Shown piece by piece: positions 59,183-64,000 of a stretch of 64,000 bases of DNA. A program made the translations under genes and the position numbers. How positions within the stretch are numbered: the first letter of the stretch is position 1; each line of letters starts with the position of its first letter. The stretch is from an uncultured bacterium. GTDB taxonomy: Bacteria > Gemmatimonadota > Gemmatimonadetes > Longimicrobiales > RSA9. The notes under the pieces are model-generated. The model was not told the DNA's origin. It saw only the letters and a program-made list of their open reading frames with translations, and searched no databases. The stretch lies in NCBI GenBank assembly GCA_937907535.1, contig CALCID010000119.1:69243-133242 (forward strand), given 5' to 3'.

Positions 59183-59821
59183 ATGCCCATCAAGCGTCCC
59201 CTGCACCGGCGATCCCCTGCGTTCCGCCGCCGGGTCGTCCTGGCCCTGGCCGCGGCCGAGGACCGGATCACGAGAGCATACGCGTCGGCCGCGACCGCGT
59301 TCCTGCTCGACCTCGGCGATGACCTGCCGTTCGACCAGGCGCTCGACATCTTCATGCGCCTGGCGTCCGTGCCTTCCACCCTGCACCACGCGGTGACCGT
59401 TCGGACCCTGGCAGACATCGCGAACTCGCGCATCGCGGGGTACGTCCCCCTGCCGAACGCACCGGGAGAGAACCAGGGGCGCCTCCACCGATGGGTCAGA
59501 CGCCTCCGCGGCCGGCGGCGCGATGCGCTCCGTGAGCGGATCCGAACGGCCATCGGACCTGCCCGGGAGGCCATCTACCGGGCTCACCTCCACGGACTCG
59601 CGCTCGTGGCCGACGCGACCCGGGACACGCTGCCGCCGCCGGAGGCCGTCCAGCTCTACATCGATGCCCTCCGCATCGAGCCGCGCTGGGCCGCCCGCAT
59701 CTTCCACGATGCCCTCGCCGATCCGGGGCGGTGGGCGCCCGGGAGCGCCTCTCCCGACACCGTCCCGTCCGCCGGGAAGCTCCAGGACCAGACCGGCGTC
59801 CACGACCAGCCGGGCACCTGA
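59183..59821 (+). CDS. Hypothetical protein
   Basis: ATG 59183 with GGGAGG 6 nt upstream. The translation has protein-like composition (..FLLDLGDDLPFDQALDIFMRLASVPSTLHHAVTVRTLADIANSRIAGYVPLP..), but I recognise no family. Confidence 0.45.
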   Translation: MPIKRPLHRRSPAFRRRVVLALAAAEDRITRAYASAATAFLLDLGDDLPFDQALDIFMRLASVPSTLHHAVTVRTLADIANSRIAGYVPLPNAPGENQGRLHRWVRRLRGRRRDALRERIRTAIGPAREAIYRAHLHGLALVADATRDTLPPPEAVQLYIDALRIEPRWAARIFHDALADPGRWAPGSASPDTVPSAGKLQDQTGVHDQPGT

Positions 59822-59970
59822 CGCGATTCCGCGAGACGCGCCGGGACATCGGGCGCGCCCGGCGAGACGACCGCCGCCCTGCGGGGCACGCCGGGCTCGC
59901 CAGCCGCTCGGGCCGCGGACCGGGCCCCCACCCTTGACGCCGCGGGACGGCAGGGCCCATTCTCGTTCCC

Positions 59971-60429
59971 ATGAGCAAGCGTGATCGCCATGCCGCAATC
60001 CTGGACATCCTGGCCAAACACCGCGTCCCCAGCCAGGAGGTGCTCCGCGAGCTCCTGGTCGAGCGCGGGTTCGACGTCACCCAGGCCACCGTCTCCCGCG
60101 ACATCCGCGAGCTCCGCCTGATCAAGGCGCCCGATGCCGACGGAAGGACGTATTACACGCTCCCGCCGGACGACTGGCGCAAGGCGCCGCCGCTCGAGCG
60201 CCTGCTGGACAGCCTCTTCGTCGGCGCCGAGGGCACCGGCAACCTGCTGCTGGTGAAAACTCTTCCGGGCGGCGCGCAGCCCGTGGCCGAGGCCATCGAC
60301 TGGGAAGAATGGCCGGAAATCCTCGGCACCATCGCCGGCGACGACACGGTCCTCGTCATCCTCCGGGATCCCGCCCATCTCGACACTGTCCAGCGCCGCA
60401 TCGAGGGTCTCGTCTCGGCCGTGGATTGA
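59971..60429 (+). CDS. argR: Arginine repressor
   Basis: RHAAILDILAKHRVPSQEVLRELLVERGFDVTQATVSRDIRELRLIK..LLVKTLPGGAQPVAEAID..GTIAGDDTVLVI. Confidence 0.92.
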   Translation: MSKRDRHAAILDILAKHRVPSQEVLRELLVERGFDVTQATVSRDIRELRLIKAPDADGRTYYTLPPDDWRKAPPLERLLDSLFVGAEGTGNLLLVKTLPGGAQPVAEAIDWEEWPEILGTIAGDDTVLVILRDPAHLDTVQRRIEGLVSAVD

Positions 60430-60456
60430 CCCGAAAAAACCTCCCTCGCCCGGCTC

Positions 60457-60490
60457 TTGACATTTTGCTCCCGGCTGCATAGTTATTCAG
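60457..60490 (+). promoter_or_regulatory. Sigma-70-like promoter overlapped by an ARG-box-like operator upstream of argC
   Basis: TTGACA (60457-60462), a 15-nt spacer, then CATAGT. CTGCATAGTTATTCAG (60475-60490) resembles the ARG box wnTGAATwwwwATTCAnw (TGCAT-AGTT-ATTCA). It lies 6 nt before the argC ATG, directly downstream of argR. Confidence 0.5.
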
Positions 60491-60495
60491 CCGAG

Positions 60496-61464
60496 ATGAA
60501 TAAGAAGCCGATCCGCGCCGGCATCGCCGGCGCTTCAGGTTATACAGGCCTGGTCCTGACCGATATCCTGACTCGCCACCCCCGGCTGGAGCTGGTATTC
60601 GCGACGTCGGAATCGGAGGCCGGTGAGCCGGTTCCCGGAACGGAGCTGCGGTACATCCGACTCGCGGACGCGGATCTCGCCGGGGTCGACGTCTTTTTCA
60701 GCTGCCTGCCGCACGGTGAATCGGGCGCGTGGGCGGTGCGGGCGTGGGAGGCGGGCGCGGTGGCGGTGGACCTGTCCGCGGATCTCCGGGGGGGGGAGTC
60801 CGGGGCGGTCTACGGGCTCCCGGAGCTCTGGCGGGAAGAGGTGGCGGGCGCGCGCCTGATCGCGAACCCGGGGTGCTATCCCACGGGCGTGCTGGTGGCG
60901 CTGGCGCCGGCGGTGTCGGCCGGGGTCGTGGATCGTTCGCGGCCGGTGGTGGTGAACGCGGCGTCGGGGGTGACGGGCGCGGGCCGCAGCGCGCGGCGGG
61001 ATCTGCTGTTCGCGGAGGTGGCGGAGGACTACCGGGCGTACGGGGTCGGGAACCGGCATCGGCACGTGGCCGAGATGAACCGGGGGCTCGTACGGGTCGG
61101 TGGGGGCGTGGGGGTGCAGTTCGTCTTCACGCCGCATCTGTTGCCGGTGCGACGGGGGATCCTGGAGACGATCCTCCTGCCGCTCGAGCAGCCGTTGAGC
61201 GAGTCGGATGCGGTGGCCGTGTGGGCGGAGGCGTACGAGGGGGAGCCCTTCATCGAGGTGCTCGGGACGCGGCTCCCTTCGCTCCGGGACGTGGTCGGCC
61301 GGAACGTGGTCTCGCTGGGCTTCTCGACGGTGGATGGATTGGACGCGCCGGCCCTGCTGGTGGTCGCGGCGCTGGACAATCTGGTGAAGGGCGCGGCCGG
61401 ACAGGCCGTGCAGAATGCGAACCTGGCGCTCGGGCTCGATGAGCGGGAAGGTCTACGGCTGTGA
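60496..61464 (+). CDS. argC: N-acetyl-gamma-glutamyl-phosphate reductase
   Basis: From ATG 60496: IRAGIAGASGYTG..VFFSCLPHG..DLSADLR..ANPGCYPTG. Confidence 0.92.
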   Translation: MNKKPIRAGIAGASGYTGLVLTDILTRHPRLELVFATSESEAGEPVPGTELRYIRLADADLAGVDVFFSCLPHGESGAWAVRAWEAGAVAVDLSADLRGGESGAVYGLPELWREEVAGARLIANPGCYPTGVLVALAPAVSAGVVDRSRPVVVNAASGVTGAGRSARRDLLFAEVAEDYRAYGVGNRHRHVAEMNRGLVRVGGGVGVQFVFTPHLLPVRRGILETILLPLEQPLSESDAVAVWAEAYEGEPFIEVLGTRLPSLRDVVGRNVVSLGFSTVDGLDAPALLVVAALDNLVKGAAGQAVQNANLALGLDEREGLRL

Positions 61465-62225
61465 ACGTGCGCGTCTTGAAGGTCGGTGGGCGGAACCTCG
61501 GTGACCCGGTCTGGCTCTCGGAGCTGGCGGGTCACCTGGCCCATGTACGGGATCCCATCGTCGTGGTGCACGGCGGTGGTCCGGAGGTGAGCGCGCTCAT
61601 GGGCCGGCTCGGGGTGCCGGTCGCATGGTCTGGCGGGCGCCGGGTCACGCCGCCGGAGGCGCTGGATGTGGCGGTCATGGTGCTTTCGGGCCGGACGAAC
61701 AAGCGGATCGTGTCGGCGCTGGTGGGCGCTGGCGTGGATGCCATCGGGCTCTCGGGCGAGGATGGTGGGCTGCTGGTCGCCGAGCCGGTCGAGGGCGGTG
61801 CGCTGGGGCGGGTGGGACAGGTGGTCCGGGTCCGGACCGAGCTGCTGCACCGGCTGCTGGCCCTGGGGCTCACGCCGGTGATCTCGCCGATCTCCCGCGG
61901 GACGGATGGGGATGCGCTCAACGTGAACGCGGACGATGCCGCGGCGGCCGTGGCGGTGGCGCTGGACGCTTCCGAGCTCCTCTTCCTCACGGATGTGGAT
62001 CACGTCCACGACGGGGCGTCCGGCCGGTCGGAGCTCTCCTCGGCGGAGGCCGTGGAACTCATCGAGGCCGGGATCGCCCGGGACGGCATGCGGGTCAAGC
62101 TGGAGGCGGCGGTCCGTGCGCTCCAGGCGGGCTGCCGTGCGGTACGCATCGGCCCCCTCGGGATGCTGACCGGTTCGGCGACCGGCACGGTGGTGCGGGG
62201 CGTCGCTGCCGAGGTGGCGGCATGA
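61461..62225 (+). CDS. argB: Acetylglutamate kinase
   Basis: VLKVGG..VVVHGGGP..GRRVT..NVNADDAA. GTGA overlap with the argC stop. Confidence 0.88.
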   Translation: MNVRVLKVGGRNLGDPVWLSELAGHLAHVRDPIVVVHGGGPEVSALMGRLGVPVAWSGGRRVTPPEALDVAVMVLSGRTNKRIVSALVGAGVDAIGLSGEDGGLLVAEPVEGGALGRVGQVVRVRTELLHRLLALGLTPVISPISRGTDGDALNVNADDAAAAVAVALDASELLFLTDVDHVHDGASGRSELSSAEAVELIEAGIARDGMRVKLEAAVRALQAGCRAVRIGPLGMLTGSATGTVVRGVAAEVAA

Positions 62226-63433
62226 GCACGGTCGAGGTAGCGCCGGGCGCGGTCCCGGCGCAGCCGCCGCAGGCGGGCTCTCCGCTCCTGGGCGTGTACC
62301 GGCAGCCGGCCCCCGTGTTCGTGGAGGGCCGGGGCAGCCGTGTCTACGACGCCGAAGGGCAGGCGTACCTGGATTTCATCTCCGGGATCGGCGTGAACGC
62401 GTTCGGCTATGGCGATCCCGGGGTCGCGGGGGCGATCCGGTCCGCGCTGGAGACCGGGCTGATCCACCTGTCGAACCTGTATCGCACGGCGCCCGCGGAG
62501 CGGCTCGCCGGGGAGCTCACGCGGCTCTCGTTCGCGGACCGTGTGTTCTTCTGCAATTCGGGCGGGGAGGCCACGGAGGCGGCGTTCAAGTTCGCGCGCC
62601 GGAAGGCGCGGGAGTCGGGCGACGACGGGAAGATCGAGTTCGTCGCGTTGCACGGCTCCTTCCACGGCCGCCTCTTCGGCTCCCTCGCGGCCACGGACCG
62701 GCCGGCGTACCGCGAGCCCTTCGAGCCGCTCCTGCCGGGGGTGCGGTTCATCCCGGTCGGTGACGTGGACGCCGCCGCGGCGGCCATCTCCCGGGAGCGG
62801 ACGGCGGGGATCATCGTCGAGCCGGTGCAGGGCGAAGGCGGCGTGAGGCCGATCCCGGCCGAGTTCCTGGCGGCGCTGCGCACGCTGGCGGACGAAGCGG
62901 ACGCCGTGCTGATCTTCGACGAGGTCCAGTGCGGCCTCGGACGGACGGGCTATCTCTTCGCCTACGAGGCCACCGGCGTCGTGCCCGACATCCTGACGCT
63001 GGCCAAACCGCTGGCCGGCGGGCTGCCGATGGGCGCCGTGCTGATGACGGAGGCCGTCGCCTCCGCGATGCGGCCGGGCGACCACGGGACCACCTTCGGC
63101 GGCGGCCCGCTCGTGAGCGCCGTCGCGCTCGAGGTGGTGCGGCGGGTCTCGGCCCCGGAGTTCCTCGCGAAGGTCCGGCGCAAGGGAGAGATCGTCAGCC
63201 GGACGCTGCGCTCCCTCGTGGACCGCGGTGTTGCCGTCGAAGCCCGCGGCCGCGGGCTCATGTGGGGTCTGGAGCTGGCCGAGCCGGCGGCGCCGTTCGT
63301 GGCGCGCGCCTTCGAGGCCGGGCTGTTGTTGGGCACGGCGGGCGAGCGGGTCATCCGGCTCCTGCCGCCGCTCACCATCGAGGATGCGGAGCTGAACGCG
63401 GGCCTCGGCATCCTCGAGGAGGTGCTGGCATGA
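62222..63433 (+). CDS. argD: Acetylornithine aminotransferase
   Basis: From ATG 62222 (ATGA overlap): YLDFISGIGVNAFGY..FFCNSGGEATEAAFKFAR..FDEVQCGLGRTG..DILTLAKPLAGG. Confidence 0.92.
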   Translation: MSTVEVAPGAVPAQPPQAGSPLLGVYRQPAPVFVEGRGSRVYDAEGQAYLDFISGIGVNAFGYGDPGVAGAIRSALETGLIHLSNLYRTAPAERLAGELTRLSFADRVFFCNSGGEATEAAFKFARRKARESGDDGKIEFVALHGSFHGRLFGSLAATDRPAYREPFEPLLPGVRFIPVGDVDAAAAAISRERTAGIIVEPVQGEGGVRPIPAEFLAALRTLADEADAVLIFDEVQCGLGRTGYLFAYEATGVVPDILTLAKPLAGGLPMGAVLMTEAVASAMRPGDHGTTFGGGPLVSAVALEVVRRVSAPEFLAKVRRKGEIVSRTLRSLVDRGVAVEARGRGLMWGLELAEPAAPFVARAFEAGLLLGTAGERVIRLLPPLTIEDAELNAGLGILEEVLA

Positions 63434-64000
63434 TGGCCGCCTCGCGGATTGCGTTCCCGGCAACGCCTCCGGCCATGCCCGCGCGGGACCGGCTCGTCCT
63501 GGCGCTCGGCGATGGCGCCGCTCCGGATCCGGATCCGGCGGCCGAGTACGCTCCGATCGTCCTGATCCGCCCCGCCCAGCCGGCGGACGTGGCGGAAATG
63601 ATGCCGATCCTCGACGGCTTCGCCGCGCAGGGCCTGCTCCTGCCCCGCAAGCCGGAGGATGTGCTCCGTACCATCGACGACTTCTTCGTGGCCGTCGATC
63701 CGACGGGGGTCGTGGGCTGTGCGGGGCTGCGGGTCTACTCGCCCGTGCTCGCGGAAGTCGTCGGGGTGGCCGTGGCCGAGCGCTGCCAGGGCCGCGGCAT
63801 CGGCCGGCACCTGGTCGAAACCGTGGTCGATGAGGCCATGCGGCTGGGCATCCGGCGCGTGTTCGCGCTGACGGTCCAGCTCGAGTTCTTCAAGAAGCTC
63901 GGGTTCTCGCCGACTTCCGTCGCCGAGTTCCCGGAAAAGATCGAACGGGACTGCGCCGGATGCGCCCGGCGCAGCGCATGTATCGAGGTCGCCGTGGTCC
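63430..64000 (+). CDS. GNAT N-acetyltransferase, short N-acetylglutamate-synthase-like; 3' end runs off the window
   Basis: My translation from ATG 63430 (ATGA overlap with the argD stop): ..VLIRPAQPADVAEMMPILDGFAAQGLLLPRKPEDVLRTIDDFFVAVDPTGVVGCAGLRVYSPVLAEVVGVAVAERCQGRGIGRHLV..RVFALT..FFKKLGF..FPEKIERDCAGCARRSACIEVAVV. It is not in the ORF track because no stop lies in the window. Confidence 0.75.
   Translation, partial: MMAASRIAFPATPPAMPARDRLVLALGDGAAPDPDPAAEYAPIVLIRPAQPADVAEMMPILDGFAAQGLLLPRKPEDVLRTIDDFFVAVDPTGVVGCAGLRVYSPVLAEVVGVAVAERCQGRGIGRHLVETVVDEAMRLGIRRVFALTVQLEFFKKLGFSPTSVAEFPEKIERDCAGCARRSACIEVAVV

Overview
This is a 64 kb, roughly 70% GC stretch of bacterial chromosome. It is densely packed with housekeeping operons, and many neighbouring genes are joined by 1-20 nt start/stop overlaps (ATGA, GTGA, TTGA, TGATG). 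I could support no rRNA, tRNA, CRISPR array, transposase or integrase. A Gemmatimonadota- or Acidobacteriota-like origin is my guess only.

Gene order:
- Minus strand: purB-purC-pssA-purS-purQ-purL, preceded by truA-tal-htrA.
- MBL-fold hydrolase, a secreted beta-barrel protein, and a membrane MutS-related ATPase.
- A rearranged trp region: trpD | lexA (opposite strand) | trpC-trpF-trpB-[HEAT protein]-[HD-GYP protein]-trpA.
- Cytochrome c and an NFACT/RqcH-like protein.
- panB-panC-[truncated GlmU-like]-yqeK-lytR_C.
- rlmN plus a beta-barrel OMP, then ptsN and vanZ-aspS.
- phoH-pgpH-ybeY-DUF502-mgtE-ubiB.
- SRPBCC protein, meaB, and the methylmalonyl-CoA mutase large chain.
- Methyltransferase, L,D-transpeptidase, a holin-like membrane protein, and a decayed hydrolase gene.
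- Mutase B12-binding chain, acyl-CoA carboxyltransferase, AtuA(DUF1446), a micro-ORF, a DUF4387-like protein, enoyl-CoA hydratase and a second micro-ORF.
- An orphan HisKA_3 kinase, a CopD-like protein and two unknown proteins.
- argR-argC-argB-argD-GNAT (runs off the 3' end).

Most unusual observations:
1. A perfect 60/54-bp tandem array (55596-55975) is built around (CACGAG)n hexamer tracts. It starts immediately after, and in frame with, the TAG stop of a tiny membrane ORF.
2. An exact 14-mer from that array, CGTGCACGAGCACG, recurs inside a 14-bp-arm palindrome at 52605-52653. Related elements therefore bracket the AtuA-like cassette.
3. A HEAT-repeat/HD-GYP gene pair, whose two proteins share a similar N-terminal module, is wedged between trpB and trpA and appears translationally coupled to them.
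4. A 630-bp non-coding gap upstream of the B12-dependent mutase genes has cobalamin-riboswitch-like motifs. This is unconfirmed.
5. There are several decayed or degenerate genes: a GlmU-like pseudoenzyme, a frameshifted alpha/beta hydrolase and a HEAT fragment.

All family assignments come from reading the translated ORFs by eye. No database search was run.
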